64,000 bases of DNA from Armatimonadota bacterium (GCA_037445735.1 JBBIJY010000012.1:28340-92339), one strand, 5' to 3'. Shown: positions 17,982 through 28,231, counted from the stretch's first letter. Numbers and translations are program-made. Notes: generated by a model not told the origin, from the sequence alone.

Positions 17982-19799
17982 ATGTTCAGCGAGTCTCTGG
18001 TGCCGGAATACACCCTGCGCTGGAACCTGTATGGCGCAGGGCTGGAAAATCTGGGTCGGGCGGGCAAGCCGGAGCGCGTGCCCACGCCGAGACCCGCTCC
18101 CACGCAACTGCTCGTGCGCATGGATGCCGTCGGCATCTGCTACAGTGACCTCAAAATCGTGCGGCTGGGCGAACAGCACCCGAAAATCCGGCGCGATCTG
18201 CGTCGCCACCCTGTGGTGATGGGGCACGAAATCGCCTGCACGATTGCCGCCGTCGGCGAGCACCTTCAGCACCGCTTCCTGCCAGGCGAGCGCTATGTGG
18301 TGCAGGCGGATGTCTACCGCAACGGCAAAAACATGGCGATTGGCTACGCGCTGGATGGCGGCTTCACGCAGTACGGTCTGATCACCGAGCCGGCGCTGTT
18401 TGGCGATGACGGCTGCTATCTGCTGCGCTGCCCGGAGCATCTCTCATATGCGGAGGCTGCGCTGGTGGAGCCGTGGGCGTGCGTGGTCGCCAGCTATCGG
18501 TTGCGCCCGCGCCCGACGCCGCGCCCGAACGCTCGCTGGCTCGTGATTCTGCCGCACAGCCACGAGGTGCGGTATCGCTGTCGCGCCCTTGAAAGCCTGC
18601 AGGTGGAGCGGGACGGCGGCATCGCCCTTATCGTTCACGACCCGCGGGGCAACCCGCTGATGGACGCCTTCCTGAAAACGGCGCAGCGGCTCGGCATGCG
18701 AACCCACACGCTCACGGTGGAGCCAGCGCCGTGCCTGACGGGCGAGTGGCTGCCCGAAGTCAAAGCGCGGTTCACCAGTGGCGAGGGCTTCGACGATGTG
18801 CTGCTGTTTGGCGAGCCGACGCCATCCCTGCTCAAAGCCTGCATCGACGCGCTCGCGTACGGAGGGCACCTGAGCTTCACCTGCCATCGCCCCCTGCCGC
18901 CCGTCGCCGTCGATATCGGACGCCTGCACTACGACCGCCTGATGATTATGGGCACAATCAGCTGGGACATCACCGACGCATGGAGCCGCACGCGCTCCAC
19001 CGCCCTCCAGCCCAACGAGAGCCTGCTGATCCTGGGCGCGGGCGGACCAATGGGGCAGATGCACCTGCACTACGCGCTGAGTCAGCCCGACCCGCCTGAA
19101 CGAATCGTGCTGGTCGATCGCCACGCGGAGCGCCTGAGCGTGCTGAAGGCAATCGCAGACCAGCTGCGTAAAGAATCCCCCCTCACCCTTACAAAGGGGG
19201 GAGAGGGGTCAGGGAGCGGAGGAACCCAGCCTCCAGAGCTGCACTTCTATAACGCGGCGGGCGTGCCGCCAGAGCGCCAGCAAGAGGAGTTGCGGGCGTT
19301 CAGCCCCTTCGGATACAGCCAGATTATGTGCCTCTCTTCCGCGCCAGAAGCGGTTGCATTAGCGTACCCGCTGCTGGGCGATGGGGGCGTGCTGAATCTG
19401 TTTGCGGGCATCCCGCGCGGTGTGGAACTTGCGCTCGATCTGACACCGCTGGCGACGCGCCACCTGCGCCTGATGGGCAGCAGCGGCTCCAGCATGAGCG
19501 ATATGGCGCATTGCCTGCAGCTGACCGCCGACGGCGTACTGCCTGTGCGACGGGTGCTGAGCGCGGTTGGCGGGCTGAACGCCCTGCCCGAAGCGTTGCA
19601 GGCGGTTCAGGCGCACCGCTATACAGGCAAGGTGGTACTGTTCCCCAACCTGCCCGAACTGCCATTGATGGGGCTGGACGAACTGCCTCACCAGCTGCCT
19701 GAGGTCGCGCACCATCTGGAGGATGGGCGATTCTGGACGCCTGCCGCAGAACACGCCCTGTTTGAATATTATCATCAAAGGTATACTTCTGACGGGTGA
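17982..19799 (+). CDS. Zinc-binding (MDR) dehydrogenase, long sorbose-1-phosphate-reductase-like form
   Basis: GICYSD, MGHE, EPWACV, Rossmann GAGGPMG. Confidence 0.82.
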   Translation: MFSESLVPEYTLRWNLYGAGLENLGRAGKPERVPTPRPAPTQLLVRMDAVGICYSDLKIVRLGEQHPKIRRDLRRHPVVMGHEIACTIAAVGEHLQHRFLPGERYVVQADVYRNGKNMAIGYALDGGFTQYGLITEPALFGDDGCYLLRCPEHLSYAEAALVEPWACVVASYRLRPRPTPRPNARWLVILPHSHEVRYRCRALESLQVERDGGIALIVHDPRGNPLMDAFLKTAQRLGMRTHTLTVEPAPCLTGEWLPEVKARFTSGEGFDDVLLFGEPTPSLLKACIDALAYGGHLSFTCHRPLPPVAVDIGRLHYDRLMIMGTISWDITDAWSRTRSTALQPNESLLILGAGGPMGQMHLHYALSQPDPPERIVLVDRHAERLSVLKAIADQLRKESPLTLTKGGEGSGSGGTQPPELHFYNAAGVPPERQQEELRAFSPFGYSQIMCLSSAPEAVALAYPLLGDGGVLNLFAGIPRGVELALDLTPLATRHLRLMGSSGSSMSDMAHCLQLTADGVLPVRRVLSAVGGLNALPEALQAVQAHRYTGKVVLFPNLPELPLMGLDELPHQLPEVAHHLEDGRFWTPAAEHALFEYYHQRYTSDG

Positions 19800-19806
19800 C
19801 GGACGG

Positions 19807-21354
19807 ATGACCGCGACGATGGCGATATTGACCCTGCTGATGGTGCTGCTCGGCGGCATCATCGCTTACGGCGGCGACTGGCTCGGACGGCGACTGGGCA
19901 AACAGCGCCTGAGCCTGCTGGGACTGCGCCCGCGATACACCGCGACGCTCATCACCACGCTCACCGGCTGTCTGACCGTCGCGCTGACCATCACGACGAT
20001 GACGCTGGTGAACGAGGCGTTCCGCGAATGGATTATGCGCGGCGACCAGATTCTGATGGAGCTGCGCCGTAACGAGCGCGCGCTGAGCCAGCGTGCAAAG
20101 GAGCTGAAGGCGTTGCAGGACGATGTTCGGCAGATGACAGACGAGCTTGGGCAGCTGCGCTCCCAGAATGACGCACTCAAACAGCAGGAACAGGACCTGC
20201 GCGGGCAACTGCAGGCGCGACAGGCGCAGTTAGCTCAAGCCGAGACGCATCTGCGGCAGGTCGAATACCTCCTTCGGGCAGAAACGGAGCGCGTGCGCCA
20301 GCTCAGCGCCCAGAGCCAGCAACTGCGCCAGCGCGTGGCAACCCTCCGACAGGAGCGCGACACCCTCCAGCAGGAAATCCGCCAGCTGGAACAGACCCAG
20401 CAGGTGCTGAACAACCAGAACAGCGTCCTCTCGCGCCAGAGCATCGAACTCACCCGCGAGAACGCCCAGCTCGAAAAGCAGAACCAGCAACTCCATGAGC
20501 AGAACAGCCAGCTGGAGGAGCGCAATCGGCAGCTGACGGAGCGCAATCGCGAGCTGGCAGAGCAAAATAGCCGGCTGCTCGACATCGCCGCCGAGCGTCG
20601 GAGCCGACTGGAGCAACTCCAGCGCGAGGTGAGCGACCTGCTGAAGCTGGTCAACATCCGCATCATGCCGATCGCTGTCCATGCGGGCGAGGAGCTGACC
20701 CGCGTCGCCTTCCGTGCAGGGTTGAGTGAGGTGCGCGTGCGCCAGATGCTTGTTGACATGATGAAGCAGGCAGCGGAGAAGGCGCGGGAGCGCGGCGCCG
20801 CGCCCGACAGCGACGGACGCATCGTGTTCATTCCCGAAAAGGTGGTGCGGCTCGCCTCTGGCGAACAGGTCACGGTGAGCGAAGCTGCCAGCCTGGAGAC
20901 GATCCTGACCAATATCCGCGCCTCGAACGAGCCTGTGGTCGCGATTGTGTCCGCCGTCACCAACACCGCGAAGGGCGAACCCGTGCCTGTGGAGGTCCGA
21001 CTCTTCCGCAATCCCCTTATCTTCCATGCAGGTCAGGAAATCGCCCGCACCGTGCTGGATTGCCGTGAAGGGAAGGATCCCTTCGCGCAGATGGTGGCGT
21101 TTCTGCAGGGCGCTATTCGCCAGACCGCGATTGAAGCGGGGCTGATTCCGCGCCTGGAGGCGTTGGGGGCGCAACCGACGGTGGGTGAGATGGACGCCGC
21201 CGTGCTGCTCGCCATCGCGGAGAAAGCCCGCCGCTGCCCTGGCGACCGCGCCGTGCTGATCGCGCGCGCCCGTCAGGACACCCGCGCCAGCGACCCGCTC
21301 CAGCTGGAGTTCGAAGTGTTGCCCCTCTCCGCATCGGCAGGACACGGCGGCTGA
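19807..21354 (+). CDS. DUF3084-like membrane-anchored coiled-coil protein
   Basis: GGIIAYGGDWLGRRLGKQRLSLLGLRPRYTA, followed by a long coiled coil. Confidence 0.85.
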   Translation: MTATMAILTLLMVLLGGIIAYGGDWLGRRLGKQRLSLLGLRPRYTATLITTLTGCLTVALTITTMTLVNEAFREWIMRGDQILMELRRNERALSQRAKELKALQDDVRQMTDELGQLRSQNDALKQQEQDLRGQLQARQAQLAQAETHLRQVEYLLRAETERVRQLSAQSQQLRQRVATLRQERDTLQQEIRQLEQTQQVLNNQNSVLSRQSIELTRENAQLEKQNQQLHEQNSQLEERNRQLTERNRELAEQNSRLLDIAAERRSRLEQLQREVSDLLKLVNIRIMPIAVHAGEELTRVAFRAGLSEVRVRQMLVDMMKQAAEKARERGAAPDSDGRIVFIPEKVVRLASGEQVTVSEAASLETILTNIRASNEPVVAIVSAVTNTAKGEPVPVEVRLFRNPLIFHAGQEIARTVLDCREGKDPFAQMVAFLQGAIRQTAIEAGLIPRLEALGAQPTVGEMDAAVLLAIAEKARRCPGDRAVLIARARQDTRASDPLQLEFEVLPLSASAGHGG

Positions 21355-21373
21355 ACCCGCGAATCGAGAGGCT

Positions 21374-22213
21374 ATGCAGGAACGATTGCTCGGCGCGCAC
21401 ATGTCCACTGCGGGCGGACTGCAGAACGCGCTCTATAAAGGCAAAGCGATTGGCTGCACTGCCGTGCAACTGTTCACAGTCAGCCCGCGCCAGTGGCAGC
21501 CTGTGCAGGTCAGCCCTGAACAGGTTGAGGCGTTCCAGCGCGCGCGGGAGGAGACGGGCATTCAATGCGTCGTCTCGCACGCCGTGTACCTTATCAATCT
21601 CGCCGCGTCCGACCCCAGCACGCGGCGCCGATCGTTCGAAGCCTATCTGACGGAGCTGCAGCGGTGCGCCGCGCTGGGCATCCCCTACGCCGTGCTCCAT
21701 ATGGGTTCGAACCCCGATTTTGAAGCGGGCATGCGCCTGCTGATTGAGAGCCTGCGCCTGCTGCTGCAGGAGATGCCCGACGGTGTTTTCATCGCGATGG
21801 AGACGATGGCGGGACAGGGGTCATCGCTCTGCTATCGGTTCGAGCATTTCACGCGCATTCTGGAGGCGTTGCCCAGCGAGCGACTGGTCATCTGCGCCGA
21901 TAGCTGCCACCTGTTCGCCGCGGGCTACGACCTGCGCGACCCCGAATCGTACGAAGCCGTCTGGCAGGAGTTTGACCGCCTGATCGGGCTGGAACGGTTG
22001 CGCGTGTGGCATCTGAACGATTCTAAAAAGCCGCTCGGCTCGCGCGTCGATCGGCACGAGCATATCGGCTTCGGCGAGCTGGGCGAGCAGGCGTTTCGGC
22101 GCATTATCAACGATCCGCGTTTCGCTCACCTGCCGATGCTATTAGAGACGCCCGACGACACCCGCTTCGAGGAAGACCTCGCCCGCCTGCGAGGTTATCT
22201 TCTCTGCTCCTGA
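21374..22213 (+). CDS. nfo: Endonuclease IV (AP endonuclease)
   Basis: GAHMS, HAVYLINLA, METMAGQG, DSCHLFAAGYD, HLNDSK, DRHEHIG, LETP. Confidence 0.95.
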   Translation: MQERLLGAHMSTAGGLQNALYKGKAIGCTAVQLFTVSPRQWQPVQVSPEQVEAFQRAREETGIQCVVSHAVYLINLAASDPSTRRRSFEAYLTELQRCAALGIPYAVLHMGSNPDFEAGMRLLIESLRLLLQEMPDGVFIAMETMAGQGSSLCYRFEHFTRILEALPSERLVICADSCHLFAAGYDLRDPESYEAVWQEFDRLIGLERLRVWHLNDSKKPLGSRVDRHEHIGFGELGEQAFRRIINDPRFAHLPMLLETPDDTRFEEDLARLRGYLLCS

Positions 22214-22223
22214 CAGGGGACTG

Positions 22224-22326
22224 AACCTCTCCCCCAGAGGGGGAGAGGGTACAGGTGAGGGGGCTGAGTGCCTCACACCTGTGGGAAACCCCTCACCCCT
22301 ACCCTCTCCCACGCTGCGGGAGAGGG
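22224..22326. repeat. Pair of palindromic repeat copies downstream of nfo
   Basis: CCTCTCCCCCAGAGGGGGAGAGGGTACAGGTGAGGGGG and CCCCTCACCCCTACCCTCTCCCACGCTGCGGGAGAGGG. Confidence 0.85.
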
Positions 22327-22423
22327 AGACACCCTGTAGCAGGGCTTTCTTACCCCCGTCGCGCTCTGGCTCAATAAAATCAAACTGAGCCTCAGGAATT
22401 TTCAGCGGAAAAGCCCGCAGGAC

Positions 22424-22453
22424 TTGACTTTTTTGTCATGCAGGGGGTATAAT
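22424..22453 (+). promoter_or_regulatory. Sigma-70 promoter, probably giving a leaderless or near-leaderless mRNA
   Basis: TTGACT-N18-TATAAT, 9 nt before ATG 22463; no SD. Confidence 0.75.
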
Positions 22454-22462
22454 CGGCGCAGG

Positions 22463-22858
22463 ATGAGAAGAGCCTATCCGCAGCCGACGCGCTGCCCGAT
22501 ATGCAACGGCAAACTGCAGGTGACGCAACTTACCTGCGAGGAGTGCGGCACCAGCCTTCAGGGGCAGTTCCAGTCGTGCCGATTCTGCACGCTGGATGCG
22601 GAGCAGCTGCGCTTTCTGGAGGTGTTCCTGCGGGCGCGCGGGATGTTAGCGGGCGTGGAGCGCGAGCTGGGCATCAGCTACCCGACCGCCCGCAACAAGC
22701 TGGACGCGCTCCTGCTCGCGCTGGGGCTGGCGCCCATCCCGCAACCTCCCAAAGAGAACGAAGCCATCGCCCGCCAGCAGCGCGAGATTCTCGATATGCT
22801 GGAGCAGGGACAAATCACCGCCGAAGAGGCAGCCCGAAAACTCAGAGCATTACGCTAA
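22463..22858 (+). CDS. DUF2089 family Zn-ribbon/HTH protein
   Basis: CPIC..CEEC, LGISYPTARNKLD, C-terminal ILDMLEQGQITAEEA. Confidence 0.88.
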   Translation: MRRAYPQPTRCPICNGKLQVTQLTCEECGTSLQGQFQSCRFCTLDAEQLRFLEVFLRARGMLAGVERELGISYPTARNKLDALLLALGLAPIPQPPKENEAIARQQREILDMLEQGQITAEEAARKLRALR

Positions 22859-22871
22859 CGGAGGCACACCC

Positions 22872-24065
22872 ATGAGAGAGGAGATTCTGCGCATTTTGCG
22901 CCTGGTGGAACAGGGGCGCATCAAGCCCGACGAGGCAGCCGAACTGATCGATGCCCTGACCGCAGCCGAGCGCGGCGCGCCCACCGAAGCGCCCGAAACC
23001 GAACGGGAGCGCACCGACGAGGAGACACGCCACCTCTTTGAGCGCATCACCCGCGCCACCGAAGAAGCCGTGCGCGGCGTCAACTGGCGCGCGATTGTGG
23101 ACACCATCCGCACGCAGACCCAGCGCGGACTCGAAGAGATGCGCCGGGCGCTCGAAGAGCTCGAACGCGAGGGCTGGGGTTTCCCCCGCTGGCACAAACA
23201 CGAAGTCAGCACCGAGCAAAAGATGGAGTTCGCCCTCCAGCCAGGGCAGACCGTCGAGGTGCGGCTCCCTGCAGGCGACCTTATCATCACTGGCGGTTTC
23301 GACGGGGGACGGGTCGAGACCGAAGCCCGCCTGCGGGGCGCCCATCCCGACACCCTCCAGCACAAACTGCGCGACTGGAGCCTGCTCATCGAACAGACCG
23401 ACACAGGCGTGCGAATCCGACCGCCCGAACTGGAAGGCGGCGTCGAGCAGATTATCGACCTCACCCTGCAGCTGCCGCGTCAGGTGAACCTGATTGTGCG
23501 CACCGAGCGGGGCGATATTCGCGTCGAGAAGCTGGACGGCGAGCTGCAGCTGCACGCCACGCACGGCGACCTGAGCCTGCACCACCTCACGGGCACGCTA
23601 CAGGCGACCACCGCGCGCGGCGACATCTATCTGGAGAACTTCAAGGGCGCCCGCATCCAGATGGATGCCCAGAGCGGCGACCTCTACCTGCGCGACGCCG
23701 AAGCCGAGCAGGTGCGCCTGCACGCCACCCACGGCGATGTGTCCATCGAACGCCTCAACACGCAACACCTGAGCGTCGAAACCGTCAAAGGGGATGTGAG
23801 GGTGGAGCTGACCCAGCCGCTCACAGGTGAGGTGCAACTGACCACCGTCAGCGGCGATATCGAGCTGTGCCTGCCCGACGGCAACGACTGCCAGGTGTCG
23901 TTGCGCACGGTGGCGGGCGATCTGGAGTGCGACCTGACCGCCCGCTCGGTCAGCCGGAGTCGCAATCAGTACGAATGCATCTGTGGGGAGGGCAGGGGCA
24001 CGCTCCGCGCCGAAGCCGTGCATGGCGATGTGCGCGTCAGCCTGCGCCCGCACGAGACTTGCTAA
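22872..24065 (+). CDS. DUF4097-like beta-strand repeat protein with YvlB/LiaX-like N-terminus
   Basis: ILRLVEQGRIKPDEAAELIDAL; repeated x-T-x-x-GD-(I/V/L) units. Confidence 0.82.
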   Translation: MREEILRILRLVEQGRIKPDEAAELIDALTAAERGAPTEAPETERERTDEETRHLFERITRATEEAVRGVNWRAIVDTIRTQTQRGLEEMRRALEELEREGWGFPRWHKHEVSTEQKMEFALQPGQTVEVRLPAGDLIITGGFDGGRVETEARLRGAHPDTLQHKLRDWSLLIEQTDTGVRIRPPELEGGVEQIIDLTLQLPRQVNLIVRTERGDIRVEKLDGELQLHATHGDLSLHHLTGTLQATTARGDIYLENFKGARIQMDAQSGDLYLRDAEAEQVRLHATHGDVSIERLNTQHLSVETVKGDVRVELTQPLTGEVQLTTVSGDIELCLPDGNDCQVSLRTVAGDLECDLTARSVSRSRNQYECICGEGRGTLRAEAVHGDVRVSLRPHETC

Positions 24066-24098
24066 CCCAGGCAACTCAATCAAGGTGAGACGGCTGTT

Positions 24099-24125
24099 GC
24101 CCCTGCCAGCGGCAGGGGCTTTTTT
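24099..24125 (+). terminator. Intrinsic terminator
   Basis: GCCCCTGCC-AGC-GGCAGGGGC followed by TTTTTT. Confidence 0.8.
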
Positions 24126-25185
24126 ACACATTGAACCGTATCTGGATGACATCTCCGTCGTTAAGGGGATGGTCGCGCCCGACCAGATGGGTTTTGCCGG
24201 CGCGGTGAGCGGCGTGCCAGCCACCTGCAGCGATCACCTCGTCAGCGGGGCACACCTCCGCGCGGATGAAGCCCTTCGCCATATCGGTGTGGATGGTGGC
24301 GGCGGCTTCGATGGCGGTTGCGCCCCGTCGCACCAGCCACGCGCGCACATCGCCCCCCACCAGCGTGTAGAACCGCTGGATGCCGAGCTGGTCGTACACC
24401 GTCTGCACCAGCGCGGTCAGGCGCGGCTCGGTCAACCCCACCATCTGCAGGAAGGGCGATCGCTCATCGGGCGGCAGCTGTTGCAGTTCGCGTTCGAAGG
24501 GCGCACAGAGCGCGACGAGCGGGATGCCCGCCTGCTCGCAGAGCGACGCCAGCGACCGATAGCGGGCGTCGCTGGCTTCGTTGCCCAGCAGCCTCTCGGC
24601 AAGGTTGGCAACCGCCACGAACGGCTTGAGCGTGAGCAGTCCGAACCCGCGCAGGCGAGCCGCGACTTCGGGCGTGAACGCGAGCGTGCGCGGGCGTTCC
24701 CCGCGCGCCAGCACCGTGCGCAGCTCGCCCAGCGCCTGCGACTCGGCACGGTCGCCCGCGCCCTCCTTATGCGATTGGAAGAGTCGCTCCAGCCGCTCCA
24801 GCCGATTCTCGATCACCTGCAAATCGCTCAGGATGCATTCGTCCAGCCAGAAGCGCAGGTCGCGCGCGGGATCGATGGGCGCGTGATAGGGCGCGTAGGG
24901 GTTCTCAAACAGGCGCAGGATGCACACCAGCGCGTCCATCGTGCGGGCAGCCGTCAGCGCGGCACGCACGGTTGCTGGGCGGTCGGGGAAGGTGTCGGGC
25001 AGGTCGTCGTGCCACTCCAGCGCGGCGGGCACCACCTTGCGGGCATGTTCGAGCGCGGCGAGCTGTTCCAGTCGCGGGTCGGGCAGTGGCACGGTTGCCA
25101 CGCCCTCACGCGCGTGCCCGCCCGACGCCGCCTCGAACAGCGTCGTTCGCCCGCTCAGCGGCAGACCGAGAATGCCGATTTTCAT
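24124..25185 (-). CDS. YchF/Obg-like ATPase with atypical nucleotide-binding motifs
   Basis: MKIGILGLPLSGRTT, DPRL, LLTLKP, VANLAE, TGS domain IHTDMAKGFIRAEV...DGDVIQIRFNV. Confidence 0.85.
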   Translation of the reverse strand: MKIGILGLPLSGRTTLFEAASGGHAREGVATVPLPDPRLEQLAALEHARKVVPAALEWHDDLPDTFPDRPATVRAALTAARTMDALVCILRLFENPYAPYHAPIDPARDLRFWLDECILSDLQVIENRLERLERLFQSHKEGAGDRAESQALGELRTVLARGERPRTLAFTPEVAARLRGFGLLTLKPFVAVANLAERLLGNEASDARYRSLASLCEQAGIPLVALCAPFERELQQLPPDERSPFLQMVGLTEPRLTALVQTVYDQLGIQRFYTLVGGDVRAWLVRRGATAIEAAATIHTDMAKGFIRAEVCPADEVIAAGGWHAAHRAGKTHLVGRDHPLNDGDVIQIRFNV

Positions 25186-25331
25186 CGTCGGAACTCGATG
25201 CGGAGTGGGGGACGCGCCTCGCGCGTCGGCAGCCACCAGAACCAGTAGAGGATAGCTGCGAGCGCAGCCAGCAAAAGCAAAATGCGCCCGCCACGCCCGA
25301 TGCCCCGCCGTCTCCGCCCCACTCGCGCCAT
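25182..25331 (-). CDS. 49-aa single-TM protein coupled to the ychF-like gene (not in the ORF track)
   Basis: MARVGRRRRGIGRGGRILLLLAALAAILYWFWWLPTREARPPLRIEFRR*; the stop overlaps the next start (ATGA). Confidence 0.6.
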   Translation of the reverse strand: MARVGRRRRGIGRGGRILLLLAALAAILYWFWWLPTREARPPLRIEFRR

Positions 25332-25406
25332 CACCCTTTAGGATACCTTCGCCCGCAACCGACCTCAGCTGCTGTGCTCGGACTGGCGCTGCAACGAGCG
25401 GAAAGG

Positions 25407-27146
25407 CTAACCTCTTATTAGCCCCTCTACAAACTTTTCGGGGGTCAGCCCGCTTTCGTTCACATGGGTGATGCGCGACCAGCCTGAGGGACCATCGCCA
25501 GTGGCAATCTCCAGCCATTTTTGCGCCAGTTGCTGTCTGGTGAGAGGCATCACCCATTTCGCGCCCGATTGCTCGCACTCCTGGCGGAGACGATCCCAGT
25601 TGACCAGCCAGGCGTACCAGAGAGGCAGTCGCGCAATTTGCACGCGCCAGCGCAGGTCGGGATGATGGCGCACTGCCCGTTCCGCGCGCTCCCATAACTG
25701 CTCGGCGCGCGAGAGCACCGCATAGCGCAGATAGGGCGCTTTGTCGGGCGCGGTGAAACAGCCCATATAGAACTCCTTCGCCGCCTCGTGCATCAGGCGC
25801 ATATAGTCGCGAATGGAGCGCGCCGCGCCGCCATAATAGCCGCGCAGGAACTCGTCAATCAGCGGGCGGTCGTCCTGATAGGGGTTCCACAGCAGTTGCG
25901 CCAGCACCCACGCGCGCAGTTCCGCCATCTCCGCGCCATGCGACTGATACGCGCCCTGTTCGAACAGCCCGCGCACGCCGTGCCGATGAAAGAAGCGCAC
26001 ATTCGGTCCGAGCGAGAACCAGTTCGGATGCGGCATGATGTAATGGGCGAAGTTGGTAGTGTAGTCCCACACATAGAGGCGACTGGTCAGTCGGCTCCAG
26101 TCGCGGAGGTCGCGGGCGAACTCGGCATTGCTCGGATGCTCCAGCGGTTGCGCAAAGTTGCACTCGATGGAGCAGAGGCGCACAATCACATTCGGGCGCG
26201 GGCGGATCGTTCTGGGTGCGCGGCGCGTGTACCAGTACGCCAGTGTATCAAAGGCGACCGATGGGAACTCCCGCTCCAGCTGCTCGGCGATATAGTTGAC
26301 CATCGTCAGCACGGAAGCGGCGGGCGTGCCCTCCCGCTCGTCGAGGGCGCGGCAGGCGTCGCACTGGCATGCGCCTGTCCAGTCGTTCTGGGAGATGGAC
26401 ACGATGCCCGCCTGCGGGTTCGCTTTCAGCCATTCACGCACGCGCGCCACCAGAAACGCCCGCAGCTGGGGGTTCGTGGTGCAAAGCTGTCCACGCTCCC
26501 ACTGGCGCTTGCCGTCGATAAGGCTGAACCATTCAGGGTGTCGGGGAAAGTATTCCTGGGGAGGCACGAGCGCGTAGAAGGTATGCACGAAGCCCACATA
26601 CTGGATTTTGCCGCCGCGCGTCTCGTCAAGGCGGGCGTGATGCCCGTTATAGTAGTTGCGCGCCGCCCAGTCGCCGTCAAAAGCGTGATACCAGAACGGC
26701 TCGCGATACTCGAAAGCGGGCTGTTCGTTGATATTCAGCGCGGGGATTCGCAGGGTGCGTCGGCGCGGGATGGTGCTTGCCCACGGCGTCCACCAGCGCA
26801 CGCCGCAGAAGGTGTGCAGGAAGCGATAGACGGCGTAGAGCGTGCCGCGCGGTCGCCCGCCCGTCAGCAGGAGATAGCGTTCGCGCGTGCGCATCACCAC
26901 CTCCTCGCCGCCCAGGCTGTCCCACGCCACATTCGGGAAGAGCCGCCGCGCGACTTCGCCCACGCCCACAATAATCGCTGCGGGAGGCAGGTTTGCAGGG
27001 GCTGCCTCCCGCAGTTCAAACGATGCGCCCGTGATCTGGTCAAGGTGCAGGCGAAGCTCGTCCGCCGCATGGCGTTCAGCGGGCGTCGCACCCGCCTGAA
27101 CCAGGATCGGCATCTTTGCTCGCCCGCGCTCCGCCAGCGTGATCAT
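25407..27146 (-). CDS. DUF4838-like protein with glycoside-hydrolase-type N-terminal domain
   Basis: GGRPRGTLYAVYRFL..CGVRWW, PAFEYRE, HPEWFSL, QLCTTNP, ISQND, YVWDY. Confidence 0.8.
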   Translation of the reverse strand: MITLAERGRAKMPILVQAGATPAERHAADELRLHLDQITGASFELREAAPANLPPAAIIVGVGEVARRLFPNVAWDSLGGEEVVMRTRERYLLLTGGRPRGTLYAVYRFLHTFCGVRWWTPWASTIPRRRTLRIPALNINEQPAFEYREPFWYHAFDGDWAARNYYNGHHARLDETRGGKIQYVGFVHTFYALVPPQEYFPRHPEWFSLIDGKRQWERGQLCTTNPQLRAFLVARVREWLKANPQAGIVSISQNDWTGACQCDACRALDEREGTPAASVLTMVNYIAEQLEREFPSVAFDTLAYWYTRRAPRTIRPRPNVIVRLCSIECNFAQPLEHPSNAEFARDLRDWSRLTSRLYVWDYTTNFAHYIMPHPNWFSLGPNVRFFHRHGVRGLFEQGAYQSHGAEMAELRAWVLAQLLWNPYQDDRPLIDEFLRGYYGGAARSIRDYMRLMHEAAKEFYMGCFTAPDKAPYLRYAVLSRAEQLWERAERAVRHHPDLRWRVQIARLPLWYAWLVNWDRLRQECEQSGAKWVMPLTRQQLAQKWLEIATGDGPSGWSRITHVNESGLTPEKFVEGLIRG

Positions 27147-27148
27147 CT

Positions 27149-28231
27149 TTACAGATTCCCGCGCAGTGCCTGCTCGCGCTCGATGGCTTCGAAGAGCGCC
27201 TTGAAGTTGCCCTTGCCGAAGCCGCGCGAACCCTTGCGCTGGATAATCTCAAAGAAGAGCGTCGGGCGATCCTGCACCGTCCTGGTGAAGGTCTGCAGCA
27301 GATAGCCCTCCTCGTCGCGATCGACCAGGATGCCCAGCTCCGCCAGCGCCCGAAGGTCTTCCTCAATCATGCCGACACGGTTCGGCAGGTCCTCATAGTA
27401 GGTCTGGGGCACATAGATGAACTTCATCCCGCGCGCTCGCAGGTGGCGCATCGTCTCAAGGATGTTGTCGGTCAGCAGGGCGATATGCTGGACACCCGGT
27501 CCAGCGTTGTACTCCAGATACTCTTCAATCTGCGACTTGCGACGCCCTTCGGCAGGCTCGTTGATGGGCAGTTTGATCTTGCCACGACCGTCCTGCACCA
27601 CCTTCGACATCAACGCGGAATACTCGGTGCTGATGTCCTCGTCGGAGAAGTGAACCAGCAGCTCGAAGCCCATCACCTCGCGATAGAAGTCGACCCAGTA
27701 GTTCATCTTGCCCAGTTCCACATTGCCGACGATATGGTCGATCTCCTTCACGCCGATGGGTTCGCCCGGTTCGTACATCTCCCGGAAGCCCGGCATGAAG
27801 ACGCCCTTATAGCGGTCGCGGTTGATGAAGGTGTGGATTACATCGCCGTAGGTGTGGATGGAAGCCAGATGCACCTCGCCGTCGTCATCCTTGATGACGG
27901 TTGGCTCCTGGCAGCCACGCGCGCCGCGTCGCACCGCCTCACTGTAGGCGCGGGCGACATCATCCACCTCGAAGGCGATATCGCACACGCCGTCGCCATG
28001 CTTGACCAGCCAGTCGGCTTTGGGATGGTCACCCTTGTAAGGCGCGGTGATGACGAAGCGGATCTCGTTCTGCTGCAGCACATAGGAGGCTTCATGTCGG
28101 ACACCTGTCTCCAGCCCAGCGTACGCCACCACATCGAAGCCGAACATGGTGCGATAGAAGTATGCCGCTTGCTTCGCGTTGCTCACGAAGAAGCGCACAT
28201 GGTCGATTCGCCGAATCGGCATAAAGTCCAT
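27149..28231 (-). CDS. hppD: 4-hydroxyphenylpyruvate dioxygenase
   Basis: IDHIVGNV, EYSALMS, PINEP, SQIEEY, GVQHIA, LLQTFT, FFEIIQR, GFGKGNFKALFEAIEREQ. Confidence 0.95.
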   Translation of the reverse strand: MDFMPIRRIDHVRFFVSNAKQAAYFYRTMFGFDVVAYAGLETGVRHEASYVLQQNEIRFVITAPYKGDHPKADWLVKHGDGVCDIAFEVDDVARAYSEAVRRGARGCQEPTVIKDDDGEVHLASIHTYGDVIHTFINRDRYKGVFMPGFREMYEPGEPIGVKEIDHIVGNVELGKMNYWVDFYREVMGFELLVHFSDEDISTEYSALMSKVVQDGRGKIKLPINEPAEGRRKSQIEEYLEYNAGPGVQHIALLTDNILETMRHLRARGMKFIYVPQTYYEDLPNRVGMIEEDLRALAELGILVDRDEEGYLLQTFTRTVQDRPTLFFEIIQRKGSRGFGKGNFKALFEAIEREQALRGNL

